A DNA stretch of 60,038 bases, counting the filler, from Barthelona sp. PAP020 (lineage: Eukaryota), in the NCBI GenBank assembly GCA_040182905.1. It is 2 parts of 2 records of this genome, joined end to end, with 100 filler letters (N's around TTAATTAATTAA, not from the genome) between each part and the next. Parts side by side here need not be neighbours in the genome. Positions count along the whole stretch, not along the records: positions 1 to 30,342 come from JARQWU010000115.1; positions 30,443 to 60,038 come from JARQWU010000116.1. One strand, written 5' to 3'. How positions within the stretch are numbered: the first letter of the stretch is position 1; every line of letters begins with the position of its first letter. The notes under the pieces were generated by a model. The model was not told the origin of the DNA. It ran no database searches and worked only from the letters and a program-made list of their open reading frames with translations. Both the position numbers and the translations under genes were made by a program. Of the stretch, positions 23,705 through 33,838 are shown in pieces.

Positions 23705-25519
23705 ATGGATGAATCCATATATATAGGAGAAAAACCTTTATCAGATTTTTATAGTTCACAAGAGATAGTTGATGAAATTTTTAAATTGAGGAAACGATTT
23801 TTAAACAATTCTATTCCTATTATAAACGAAAATTCTGTTCCTTTGAGTGAGTATGGACGTACTCGAGATTCTACTATTCCCATTAACAAAAAAAGACAAA
23901 ACAAATCTTTTGAACCGTCTATTCCATCCAATAAATCAATTGATTTTGATGAAAACAGTGAATTTTCTCAATATACTTTGTCTCATGAAGATCCTACCAT
24001 TACAATGGATGATATTGAAGAAATTTTTTGCATTGACAGAGATAATGCTGATAGTGATTCTGATTTGGATGGTCATGAAGGTAGCATAAGAAGTGGGATT
24101 TATGAACAAAATGAGGAGCTGCACTCTGTTGGCAAATCCAGTTATCATGATGGCAGTCACGATTATGACGAAGTTGATGAAGATATTGTTAATAGGGCTT
24201 CGGCCAAAGATTTAAAATCTGCTTCTAATTCATTTAGGGATAGTTCAGACAATGAAGATTCATTTTCCGTGATATCGAAAGAAATATTTTCCAATGAAAT
24301 CATTGATGCAGATGATGGATCGTCAATCTTAGATTCAGATTCAGACACCCTTTTGAGTTCACCTCCTATGGTACATTCACCTGATTTAGAAATGTCTGTT
24401 GATAGTGAATGTTCTGATTCCATTGAATCTTCAGATATTAGATACAAAGAACCATTTCCTGTGATTCCTGTGAATGAACTCCTTGTTTTTTTGAAAGAAA
24501 GTGACTATTTAACAATCAATAAGGAAGAATTTCCTTTGAAGGTTCGATGTTTCTTTGTAATCCAACGTAAGAGTACAGATGAAGTATCTGATCAACAACC
24601 AATAGTACTTGGAAATGTTGCTTTCAATGATTTAACAGTGGATGATGTTGATTTCAGTTCAATATATGAGAACAAATGCAAATTAAAGAATAAATATTTA
24701 CAATGTAACATCGAACTCAACGATAATTGTGTAAAAATTTTGAAGACATCTGTTTTCAGGTCTTATGTTGAAATTCAATTGCGTGGAGTTCAGGGGTTGC
24801 ACTCAATTGCTTTGGTTGATCTGTCAACATTGAAAGAATTTGATATAGATGGTTGGTATATACTGCATAATACGAACAATCCTTCCAAGTTGTTAGGTCA
24901 ACTTAAGATAGGAGTCAGACCCAAACATCCATTAAAAATTCCATCGTTTGCAGATTTAGGTGTAGGCCCTGATTCATATCAATTTCGATCGAACGCAACT
25001 AATCTTTTTTCGTCTTCAAGCAGCGCTTCAAAAAATACAGATAAAAAAGCAGTGACATCCACAATTAGACCAAAACAACCATTTGAACAGATAAATAGTG
25101 ATCCACAATTTTCAACCCCTATTGAAGCCTCATCTTCATCAACAATAATGGATGTTGATTTATTGAAGAGCCATTCACCTAGTATTCGGGAATTAGAGGG
25201 TTTATCTGAGGATTTTTTGAAGTACTTGTCCTTAAGTTCCCCTTCAAAAGTTGAAAGTAGTACCAATTCAATGGAAAGAAGTGTTTTAAGTGGTATCAGT
25301 GATAAAAATCATTCTTCTATGCATATTTCAAAAGAATCGATTAAATCATCAAATAAAACTTCTTCAAATACAAGTGAGTTTGATTTAATTGAGCCTGTTC
25401 ACACCATATTGGTAGGAAATAATAACAGTGACAATCCTCCTGATGTTCCATTGGAAAATGAAGAAAATATTTTGTCAACTACAGGTCTTCCTTTATCATT
25501 GTTATCCCCAGACAATTAG
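23705..25519 (+). CDS. acidic/Ser-rich protein with a central C2 domain resembling the C2CD3 C-terminal C2
   Basis: VDLSTLKEFDIDGWYIL...GQLKIGVRP resembles the C2CD3-type VDLS.L...GWY.I.....GQ.KV.V.P motif; the flanks are low-complexity. Confidence 0.55.
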   Translation: MDESIYIGEKPLSDFYSSQEIVDEIFKLRKRFLNNSIPIINENSVPLSEYGRTRDSTIPINKKRQNKSFEPSIPSNKSIDFDENSEFSQYTLSHEDPTITMDDIEEIFCIDRDNADSDSDLDGHEGSIRSGIYEQNEELHSVGKSSYHDGSHDYDEVDEDIVNRASAKDLKSASNSFRDSSDNEDSFSVISKEIFSNEIIDADDGSSILDSDSDTLLSSPPMVHSPDLEMSVDSECSDSIESSDIRYKEPFPVIPVNELLVFLKESDYLTINKEEFPLKVRCFFVIQRKSTDEVSDQQPIVLGNVAFNDLTVDDVDFSSIYENKCKLKNKYLQCNIELNDNCVKILKTSVFRSYVEIQLRGVQGLHSIALVDLSTLKEFDIDGWYILHNTNNPSKLLGQLKIGVRPKHPLKIPSFADLGVGPDSYQFRSNATNLFSSSSSASKNTDKKAVTSTIRPKQPFEQINSDPQFSTPIEASSSSTIMDVDLLKSHSPSIRELEGLSEDFLKYLSLSSPSKVESSTNSMERSVLSGISDKNHSSMHISKESIKSSNKTSSNTSEFDLIEPVHTILVGNNNSDNPPDVPLENEENILSTTGLPLSLLSPDN

Positions 25520-25969
25520 TTTATTTGTAAATTGTAGGTATTTCAGAAATTTTTTTTTTCTCTTTGTTCCTTTTTTCTTTGTTGGATTAGTTGCAATTTT
25601 TCTTTTAATAACATTATTATTCATCAAAACTTTGCAACTGTTTGGTGGTTTTGAATTTTTTTGTCTTTTTATTCTTTATCCTCATTTTGAAAAATGACAA
25701 GTTATAAATTAATTTATCAGGTAGTGTTTCCTTCAATCATCTTTGGTCATTTCTCAAATTCGTTTGGTAAAGGTTGGGAAATCACTGTGATTGGCGGCAT
25801 AACATTTTCGTTTTTTTCCCTCAATAATCTTGTGAAAGGCTTGTAACCTTTCCAGATGAATATAATGTAGAATGAATCCTTAAGTTATTACTAATATTAA
25901 AGTCCACATACGTTTTTTACCTTGGGTAATCCTTTACGAAGAGTTTCTCACAATGTTTTTCCAAACACA

Positions 25970-27055
25970 ATGTCATATAATGTACATTTACCACAAAGCA
26001 ATGGTTCAATTGATCAACCAATGATTTTGCCATATTTTTATTCTGGATACGGTGAAAATATTCGAAATCAACAGCAAAATCAAGGACAAAATGTTGTTCA
26101 AAATCATATACAGCATCATTCTTCTTGGAATGAAGTGCCATGTAATGTTGATATGTATCAAGTTCCTGAGTTATTGTCTAATTCAGGATATTCTTACCAA
26201 TCACAACCACAATCACAACCACAATCACAACCACAACATCAACAACACTTTCAGCCACAACCCCAACATACTTTCATTGAACCACAACAACATTTTCAAC
26301 CTCAACATGTTGTTTCGCAACGGCGAGTTCAATTTCCTTTGGCTATTTCTTTGCAACCTCAAATATCTGAGCCTCAATTTCAGCTTGACACGATGGCTTC
26401 AACAAAGTTTCAGCATAATCATTTTGATAAAAATTCTGAATGCCAACCAACAGTGATGGGTGAATTTTTATCATCTACTGCACCTGACATGGATTATTCT
26501 TTCATGTCTTCACAAGAAATGTCAGCAAATTGTGTTAATAATAATAGCAATACGAATAATAGTATTATGGACTATTCTTGGACAGAATTACCTTCTGTTC
26601 TGAAGTCTAATGTTTCAGCCATTCCTCAAGAATTGATTATTCCGGATAGAAATTCTGAAAATGTCTCGACTCCTTATAGAAAGCCTCCTTTTGTAATTAA
26701 TAGAAAAAAATTCCACAATGAAAATCAAAATCCATTTCCTCAACAAAATCCATGTAAAAAGAGAATCCCTGAATTATTGTCTGATTCCTGTGGTTCTTTT
26801 TCTCTTCATTCTGCCAAGACACCATCCTTAACATCAAGGAACTTATTTGGAAAGAGTTCAAATGCTTTGAAACATTCAGAAAAGTTATATGCAACGGGTA
26901 ATTCCTGTAAAGATGAGCTTGTTGATAATCTTGTTTCAGATTTTCCAAATAATATTGATTCAACTTCAACAAATGTCAATACAAAAATTTTTTATGAAAA
27001 AGTTGCTCAATCGGCTTCCAATTTAGATTTACTTAATCCTCCAATTTTTTCTTAA
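25970..27055 (+). CDS. hypothetical Q/P/S/N-rich, probably disordered protein
   Basis: Long ORF with first ATG at 25970; (CAATCACAACCA) repeats encode QSQP repeats at about 26198-26233. Confidence 0.65.
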   Translation: MSYNVHLPQSNGSIDQPMILPYFYSGYGENIRNQQQNQGQNVVQNHIQHHSSWNEVPCNVDMYQVPELLSNSGYSYQSQPQSQPQSQPQHQQHFQPQPQHTFIEPQQHFQPQHVVSQRRVQFPLAISLQPQISEPQFQLDTMASTKFQHNHFDKNSECQPTVMGEFLSSTAPDMDYSFMSSQEMSANCVNNNSNTNNSIMDYSWTELPSVLKSNVSAIPQELIIPDRNSENVSTPYRKPPFVINRKKFHNENQNPFPQQNPCKKRIPELLSDSCGSFSLHSAKTPSLTSRNLFGKSSNALKHSEKLYATGNSCKDELVDNLVSDFPNNIDSTSTNVNTKIFYEKVAQSASNLDLLNPPIFS

Positions 27056-27189
27056 TTATTTGTTAAATAATAAAACAATTACTTGTTAATGTTAATCTTA
27101 TTGCATGCATAAGCATATGAATGTGTTTTGAATGAATAAAAATAAATTTTAAATAATTTTTTTTGTTTGTTTATTTTTTTTCTTTCATT

Positions 27190-27633
27190 ATGAGCACAAA
27201 TGCGGATGAATCAAGTTTAGCCTATTTTCATGATACTTTTGTATTCTTTTCGAAAGAGTTGAATAATAATTTAGTCTTATATATGAACAATTTACTTGAA
27301 GCAATTCATTGTTGTAATCTTCCCTTAACAGAATCCCAATTTAAAAATGCACTCAATGAATCAAATTATCAAAATTTGGAATATTTAAATGAACAACAAT
27401 TTATTGATTTCATTGAAAGTTTTTCTTCTTATAAATCATATTACAATGAAAATTTAATTAATATATTTCAAGATTTGAAAGATTCAGAAACTGAACTTTT
27501 GTCTGTTAGTGAATTGCGAAAGAATCTAATTCATATGGGTGTCAGAATTGACCCTCAAATTGTTGATTCGTATCTTCCTGAACAAGACTCACTTACTTTG
27601 GAAGAATTTGTTGAAATATTTAAATTAAAATGA
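27190..27633 (+). CDS. divergent calmodulin/myosin-light-chain-like EF-hand protein
   Basis: About 147 aa with four degenerate EF-hand-like segments (LINIFQDLKDSETELLSVSELRKNLIHMG; LTLEEFVEIF). Confidence 0.7.
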   Translation: MSTNADESSLAYFHDTFVFFSKELNNNLVLYMNNLLEAIHCCNLPLTESQFKNALNESNYQNLEYLNEQQFIDFIESFSSYKSYYNENLINIFQDLKDSETELLSVSELRKNLIHMGVRIDPQIVDSYLPEQDSLTLEEFVEIFKLK

Positions 27634-27908
27634 TTGATTAATGTGTAAATTTGTGAATTTTTTGTTTTGTTTTGTATGAAATTTCTCACAAAAATAGACG
27701 ACAAATTTCCAATTCTAATATCGTTACCGCGAAACATGAGTTTAGATTATTGGAAAATATTTAAAAAAGAGGGAAGTTGCCTGCACTAAATATTTTTTTT
27801 GAACAATTGAACATTTAAATGGAGGGCTTTAGAAGCACTTCAAATGTTTAAATCTTCTTCTGAAGAATTTGTTCAAAGAAAAAAAAGAGGAAAATAGTTA
27901 TCCGATAT

Positions 27909-28616
27909 TTACATTTCACCACCCAACATTTTGGACAAACCACTGACTTTGAAAAATTTAATTACACCACTATGATTATACATTTGTGCATAATCAACAA
28001 CTGTTGACCCATTATTATCTTTGATTTTAAAATTGGTATTTGTTTCTTCCCATAGATACACAATAAAATGGACGTTATTCTTTTCGACAGCGCAAAACAA
28101 TGGGGTTTGACCCTTGTTATTCTGAAGATTGCATCCTTCACAATCAATTTTAAGAATTTTAGCAAACAACTCAATTTCTCCGCTCATGGCGCAAAAATGA
28201 AAACAACTGTTTCCTTCATGTGTTTTAATATCGATATTAGCACCTGCGTTTATCAAAAGATCAAAAATTTCCATACATCCTTCAAGACAAGCAATGTGAA
28301 CAAAAGACAGTCCATTTTCATTCAAATAATTAAAATTAAATGATTTTTGATTTAAAAGTACTTCAACCATTTCTGGTAATATTAGTTCACAAGCAAAATA
28401 CAAATGCTTCTCATTTAAAATTGATTTGAATTTTGTCAAATTCATAAGTTTTTGAACAAAATCTGAATTTTCTGTTTCTATTGCAGTGAGAAGGTGATTT
28501 TCATCAATTTTTATGAATTCATCATTTAAAAATAATTCAACAATTTGTTGAAAGTTTGAATCCGATAAACATTTTTCTAATTTGTGATAATTTTCATTAT
28601 TTTCGTAATTTGTCAT
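27909..28616 (-). CDS. ankyrin repeat protein
   Basis: GLSFVHIACLEG, GNSCFHFCAMSG, GQTPLFCAVEKN and GSTVVDYA ankyrin motifs. Confidence 0.85.
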   Translation of the reverse strand: MTNYENNENYHKLEKCLSDSNFQQIVELFLNDEFIKIDENHLLTAIETENSDFVQKLMNLTKFKSILNEKHLYFACELILPEMVEVLLNQKSFNFNYLNENGLSFVHIACLEGCMEIFDLLINAGANIDIKTHEGNSCFHFCAMSGEIELFAKILKIDCEGCNLQNNKGQTPLFCAVEKNNVHFIVYLWEETNTNFKIKDNNGSTVVDYAQMYNHSGVIKFFKVSGLSKMLGGEM

Positions 28617-28685
28617 GAAATAAAGGGGAAAAAGAAAATTGATCCTTCCATCTCATTAACACATTATTTTTTCATTTTTTCCTTT

Positions 28686-30140
28686 ATGAATGTGGAAATA
28701 TGGACATTATTTTTGTTGATATTATCTGTTTTTTCATGTTTACAGTGTTTTGAATATCAAAGCAGAAAAGAAAAATTTGAAGATATTTTTATCCCGAAAT
28801 CATACAATTTCATCACATTATATTCCAAAAATAATACTAGATTAACAAATATTGAGAAAAAAAGTATTGATAATTTAAATAGAATGAAAGAAAACAAAAT
28901 GGATTCTTCTTCACAGGAAGATTATAAGATTAGTGATATTAGTAATGATATTAGTGATATTAGTAATGATATCGATCATATCGATACAGATATTGATGAA
29001 TTAAGTGAAAATGAAGAGAGCAATGTTTCAAGTGATGCCGGCTACAACAGACAATTTCAAATAAACAAGCCATTAAAATCACGAATGAATTATGCAGCTT
29101 CAGAATTAGGAGCCAAAGTAATAGAATCTGCTAGACATTGCAAGCAAGTACAAAATATCCTATCAAAAAATTTGGATCGTTATTCTTTGTGTAATGTTGA
29201 GGAGGATTTAACCTTTGTGATTCAATTACACGCCACCATTTTACCAGATAAATTCCTGATTCAAAATCTAGAACTGTATAGTTCATCTGCAAAAAATATT
29301 TCTCTTTTTAGTTCTTTAGATGGAATCACGTATCGTAAGATTGATTCTTTCATGTTGAAACCTACATTGGATGAACAAATTTTTTCATTATCTGATACAA
29401 AACCCTGTAATTATATCAAATTGATAGTTCATGACTATTATGGAAATGAAGCTAAAACAACAATCACATCTTTGTGTGTATATGGTACAACTGAATTGGA
29501 AGACTTCAAGGATAAATTAAAAGGCTCTTCCAACATTGGTGAAATTCTTTCTGATGAAGGCGTATTTGAAACAATGATGAATCGATTTGCTCAATTGAAT
29601 TTCACACATTCTTTAGAATTTGATAATGTTTATGAAACCCTTTATGATTTAAGAATGCAAATCAATGAGACCAAAGAAGTGTTAGCTATTTTCGGAAATA
29701 TTTCTGAAGTTTTACAAAAATTAGAAAATTTTGAAAAGATTAAAAAAATTGAAAAATATTTTGAGAGAGTTAATAAAGATCTTTTGGACATTATAAATAC
29801 CCAAAATTTTTTTGACAAGTATCGAAAAACTTACGAAGAGAATATTGACTTGAAATTATTGGGTATGGAAAATGCTTTAAAAAAGGAGTTATTTGCCAGA
29901 GATATTCAAATAAAACAAACAAATGATTTGATGAATGAACGGTCATTTAGCTATGAATTTGAATTGTTTAAGATTAGAAATAATCAATATTATCATTCAG
30001 CAGATCATTTTAAACTTGCATTCACAAAAATATTTGTTTTTGCTGTATGCTTGATTTGTTTGTCTTTTATTGTTCACAATCAACTCAAAATTTTAAAGTT
30101 GCAAAAGTTTATTGTTGAAGAAAAATTAACCCATAAATAA
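28686..30140 (+). CDS. mid-SUN domain protein (SUCO/Slp1-like)
   Basis: Signal-peptide-like start at ATG 28686; NYAASELGAKVIE...NILSKNLDRY...IQNLELYSSSAK...YYGNE...ITSLCVYGTT SUN domain; coiled coil and a C-terminal TM segment. Confidence 0.82.
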   Translation: MNVEIWTLFLLILSVFSCLQCFEYQSRKEKFEDIFIPKSYNFITLYSKNNTRLTNIEKKSIDNLNRMKENKMDSSSQEDYKISDISNDISDISNDIDHIDTDIDELSENEESNVSSDAGYNRQFQINKPLKSRMNYAASELGAKVIESARHCKQVQNILSKNLDRYSLCNVEEDLTFVIQLHATILPDKFLIQNLELYSSSAKNISLFSSLDGITYRKIDSFMLKPTLDEQIFSLSDTKPCNYIKLIVHDYYGNEAKTTITSLCVYGTTELEDFKDKLKGSSNIGEILSDEGVFETMMNRFAQLNFTHSLEFDNVYETLYDLRMQINETKEVLAIFGNISEVLQKLENFEKIKKIEKYFERVNKDLLDIINTQNFFDKYRKTYEENIDLKLLGMENALKKELFARDIQIKQTNDLMNERSFSYEFELFKIRNNQYYHSADHFKLAFTKIFVFAVCLICLSFIVHNQLKILKLQKFIVEEKLTHK

Positions 30141-30342
30141 TTACGCGTTCTTTTGTTTATTTTATCATGTGCCCCTGGATATGCCCGTGGATATGCCTCA
30201 AGAAATCAAGATATTAACCAAGGCCTGAATGCGAGTGTCGGTGGGATGTGAATTTTGAAGGAGGTGAGCATATTCTTCCGATGTTCTCTTGAGATGGTTT
30301 TTGTGAAAGGAACTTATTTTCCACTTGAATGCGTTGTTCCAA

Positions 30343-30442
30343 NNNNNNNNNNNNNNNNNNNNNNNNNNNNNNNNNNNNNNNNNNNNTTAATTAATTAANN
30401 NNNNNNNNNNNNNNNNNNNNNNNNNNNNNNNNNNNNNNNNNN
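30343..30442. other. assembly gap / artificial contig linker
   Basis: 44 N + TTAATTAATTAA (30387-30398, stops in all six frames) + 44 N, exactly 100 nt. Confidence 0.95.
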
Positions 30443-31412
30443 CCCGCAAAGTTCTTGTCGCAGGCTGAAACTTTGTAGGATTAATCTCTGATACTGGTTG
30501 ATCTGGTGTAGGGAAACAGGCTAGCATATTGTGGGTTTTGCTTGACTTACACAAACACATCCAAACATTTTCTTGTTGTTGCTCTCTTATGAAATGCCCG
30601 CTGCGCTTCACAAAAATGCTTCCGGTTTAGATGGCGGGCATTTAAAGAAAAGTGTAATACTTTCCTTTAGCCCCTTGATTCACTTTAATGTATCCACTTA
30701 TGTTCTCTTTGTAGGACTTTGATATTCCATGTTGACCTAATTTATTTGCTTATATCCTAAATCTTTGAATTCTTACGATTACGTTTATTATTTCTTGAGC
30801 TTTTCAATTTTGATACCCATTAATATCAGAAATTGCAAGAAGAAACCTTAAACACAGTTATATTGTCTTCTATATGAATTCTGTTCAATACAAAAAATAT
30901 TGATCTATTCAAGTAAATCAGACATTTCTATCAAACTTTCTATGTGTACTGAATGATACCGGATGGGGTACTTGTTTGATTTTACTTAAGAACATCAAAA
31001 TCACTTTGAAAAATTTCCTTTAATCAAAGCTTTAAACAAATTTTGGATAATAAAAGACACCAGTTCATGCTGGTATTTTGTTTTTTGTTGTTTTCCAAAA
31101 CTATTCTTTCAGTCGATTTCTATTTGCAGATTGGAAAATATTATCTACCATTCATATTCGAATAAAATAATCATTAAAGCTGCTTAAAATCGTCTTATTA
31201 TTTAAATATATTGGAGCAATATTTCATTTGGTAATTTAACTATTCAAATAATAAAGGTCTCCCTGTTTTACCTTTTCTTTCAAATTTTTCATAATATTCA
31301 AACTAATCATTGGAAATTTTGAGTTTTACTTCATTTTGATTTACCAATTTTTTTCAATAAAAAGCAAAAAAAACAAAAAAAGGATTTTTTCAATTTAAAT
31401 TTTTGTCAAAGA

Positions 31413-32201
31413 ATGAAAAGGTCGTTTAGTTCCTCTTCATATGGATCAGTTGAATCACCAACAACACAAAGCAGATCTGAAGATAGAATCAAAGGTTTAT
31501 CAGAAAAATTAAAATCAATTCAAAACAGTATTGAACAAGATAAGAATGATCGCAGAAAAACAGTAGAAACGAGAATTAATAGTTTGAATCAACAGCTTCA
31601 AGTGCATGAAGGGAATCAGAATTCTATGTTGGGACAATTGAAGAATGAATTAAAAAACATTCAAAATAAGCTTGAACATGAAATAATGGAGAGAAAAGAA
31701 CACAAACAATTGATTGAGAATCAATTATATAACGCTAAAAATGAAATTCTTCATAGGTTGGAAGAAGAACAAGATAATAGGAAGAAAATAATAGATGAAC
31801 AAAAGAGTTATATCAATGATAAGATCAATAAAGTAATTCAACGTGAAAGTGTTAGACTTCAAGAGAATTTATTAGAAGCTGATAGAGTTGAAGAAAATAT
31901 GAAAAATGCAATGAGCGAGTTGAGGGAAAAAGTTAAAGAAATTGAAGAATCTTTGACTGAAAAGTATAAAGAGTTCATGGAAAGATTGGATGTTATTCAA
32001 AGTGAATTTGTTGCACAATTAAATGCTGAAAATGATAACAGAGAAAAGTCTTATGGTGAATTAGCACTTATGATTGAAGCTGCCCAAAGAGAGTTGGAAG
32101 AGAAATTAAATGAAGAGACAAATCAACGTGAAAATGTCGCAAGTCAAATGTTACAATTGCTTGAAGATTCTTTAACCAATTTGCAAAGTGTTATGAACTA
32201 A
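31413..32201 (+). CDS. SF-assemblin/beta-giardin-like coiled-coil protein
   Basis: Short S/P/T head, then a continuous coiled coil (LSEKLKSIQNSIEQDKNDRR) ending EETNQRENVASQMLQLLEDSL, as in striated-fibre assemblins; 262 aa is a typical size. Confidence 0.7.
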   Translation: MKRSFSSSSYGSVESPTTQSRSEDRIKGLSEKLKSIQNSIEQDKNDRRKTVETRINSLNQQLQVHEGNQNSMLGQLKNELKNIQNKLEHEIMERKEHKQLIENQLYNAKNEILHRLEEEQDNRKKIIDEQKSYINDKINKVIQRESVRLQENLLEADRVEENMKNAMSELREKVKEIEESLTEKYKEFMERLDVIQSEFVAQLNAENDNREKSYGELALMIEAAQRELEEKLNEETNQRENVASQMLQLLEDSLTNLQSVMN

Positions 32202-32288
32202 TTGCCTCATTGATTAAACTTGTAAATTTATGATTTTCCTTTTGTTATTTTTTCATATTTTCCTTTTTTTTTTTGAAAAGAATACAAT

Positions 32289-32837
32289 ATGAATTCATTG
32301 AAAACATATTGGACGACATTTATTGAATTAGACAAAAGAGAAGTCATTCAAAGATTTATTCATGTGATATTGATTGGATTGAGTGCTTGGATGTCATATA
32401 ATGTTTTTAAAGTTGTTTCTAATGTTGAATCTCCAGGTGTAGTTGTATTGTCTGGTTCTATGGAGCCTTCTTTTTCAAGAGGAGACATTCTATTTTTATG
32501 GGATAAGGAAACAATAAAAGTTGGAGATATTGTGGTTTATGAATTGCCAGGACAAAAAATCCCGATTGTTCACAGAGTGATTTCATTAATTGATTATCAA
32601 AATGAAACAAGAATTTTGACAAAAGGTGATGCGAACCAATATGCAGATGAATACATTTATATGAATGATCCTATTTACAATAAACCATATATTACTGAAA
32701 GTATGATAATGGGAAAAGTCATATTTTACATTCCTTGGGCAGGTATTTTTACCATTTTAATAACTGACTTTCCAAAATTGAAAATCATTTTTTTAGCTGC
32801 ACTAGCTTTTTACAGTTTTATAAATAATGAGCGTTGA
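32289..32837 (+). CDS. SEC11: signal peptidase complex catalytic subunit
   Basis: ESPGVVVLSGSMEPSFSRGDILFL, IPIVHRVI and ILTKGDAN motifs (peptidase S26B). Confidence 0.95.
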   Translation: MNSLKTYWTTFIELDKREVIQRFIHVILIGLSAWMSYNVFKVVSNVESPGVVVLSGSMEPSFSRGDILFLWDKETIKVGDIVVYELPGQKIPIVHRVISLIDYQNETRILTKGDANQYADEYIYMNDPIYNKPYITESMIMGKVIFYIPWAGIFTILITDFPKLKIIFLAALAFYSFINNER

Positions 32838-33053
32838 TTTGCTTTTTTTTGATTTTGCCTTCGCCTTCATATTTGAATTTTTTTTGCACAGCTGATTTCT
32901 CAAGACATTTGAAAGAAAATGTTGAGTTATTTTTTTTTTGGTGTATTTGGAAAAAATATACAAATGACAAATTGAAGGCTGAAAATAAATGATCCCCAAC
33001 AAAAAAATTTTTTTTCTTTTTAAACAAAAAAATTGTCAAACCCATCAATATTA

Positions 33054-33521
33054 ATGAGAAATCCTGATCCTTCGAGCGAATTTTTAATACTTTACGCAAC
33101 TCAAACTGGAAATTCGAAAAAAAATGCAGAAATGGCTTATGAATTTTTTAGATCTTCAGATATTCAAGTAAAGCTATTTGCAATGAATAATATTACCCCC
33201 AGAGAATTATCTCCTTACCAACATATTTTTGTATTTTGTAGTTCATTTGGCCCTGGTTTGCTTGCCCCAATGGGTCAGCCATTTATGCAAAAATTGTTTC
33301 CCAATATGTTGGTTGGAAAAAAGATATATATGCTTTCTTTAGGAAGTACCTACTATCGTAATACTTTTAATAGAGGTGGTTTGGCTTTGAAAAGAGCATT
33401 TCAAGAAGCAGGTGCTCAAATAATGATCCACAGAACCAATGATATTGTGAAGAATAACAATATTGCCCAAGAATGTAATTTTTTCCTTGAACAAATAGTC
33501 GATATTTTTTCAAATCTTTGA
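33054..33521 (+). CDS. stand-alone flavodoxin-like protein
   Basis: FMN phosphate-binding loop ILYATQTGNSKKNAE, then VFCSSFGPG and SLGSTYYRNTFNRGG, as in the flavodoxin_1 fold; first ATG at 33054. Confidence 0.82.
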   Translation: MRNPDPSSEFLILYATQTGNSKKNAEMAYEFFRSSDIQVKLFAMNNITPRELSPYQHIFVFCSSFGPGLLAPMGQPFMQKLFPNMLVGKKIYMLSLGSTYYRNTFNRGGLALKRAFQEAGAQIMIHRTNDIVKNNNIAQECNFFLEQIVDIFSNL

Positions 33522-33838
33522 AAGATTTGTTTTTATTTAAACCCTTAATTCATAAATTTTTTTGTAATTTTGTCACTGTGACCAACAATTTTTTTTTTTT
33601 GTTGATTTTTCATTCCAAATATTAATTTAATTAACCTTTAATATTGACTCATAATTTATTTCGATTAACTTTTTAATTGGAATGTCCTTTTTTTACGAAA
33701 AATAAAAAAGTCTTTTGAAAAACAAAATACACAACTTATAATTGAATATAAATTAAATATTTTTCCAATAATAATGCTTTAATTCAACACTGAGCAATAA
33801 TTAATGATTGTTTCTTGACTTTTTTTTTCTTTCATTTG

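Noticed and set aside
30387..30398. TTAATTAATTAA palindrome within Ns and the 74-aa ORF (30387-30611) that crosses the gap
   Set aside because: Synthetic six-frame-stop contig linker; not biological.
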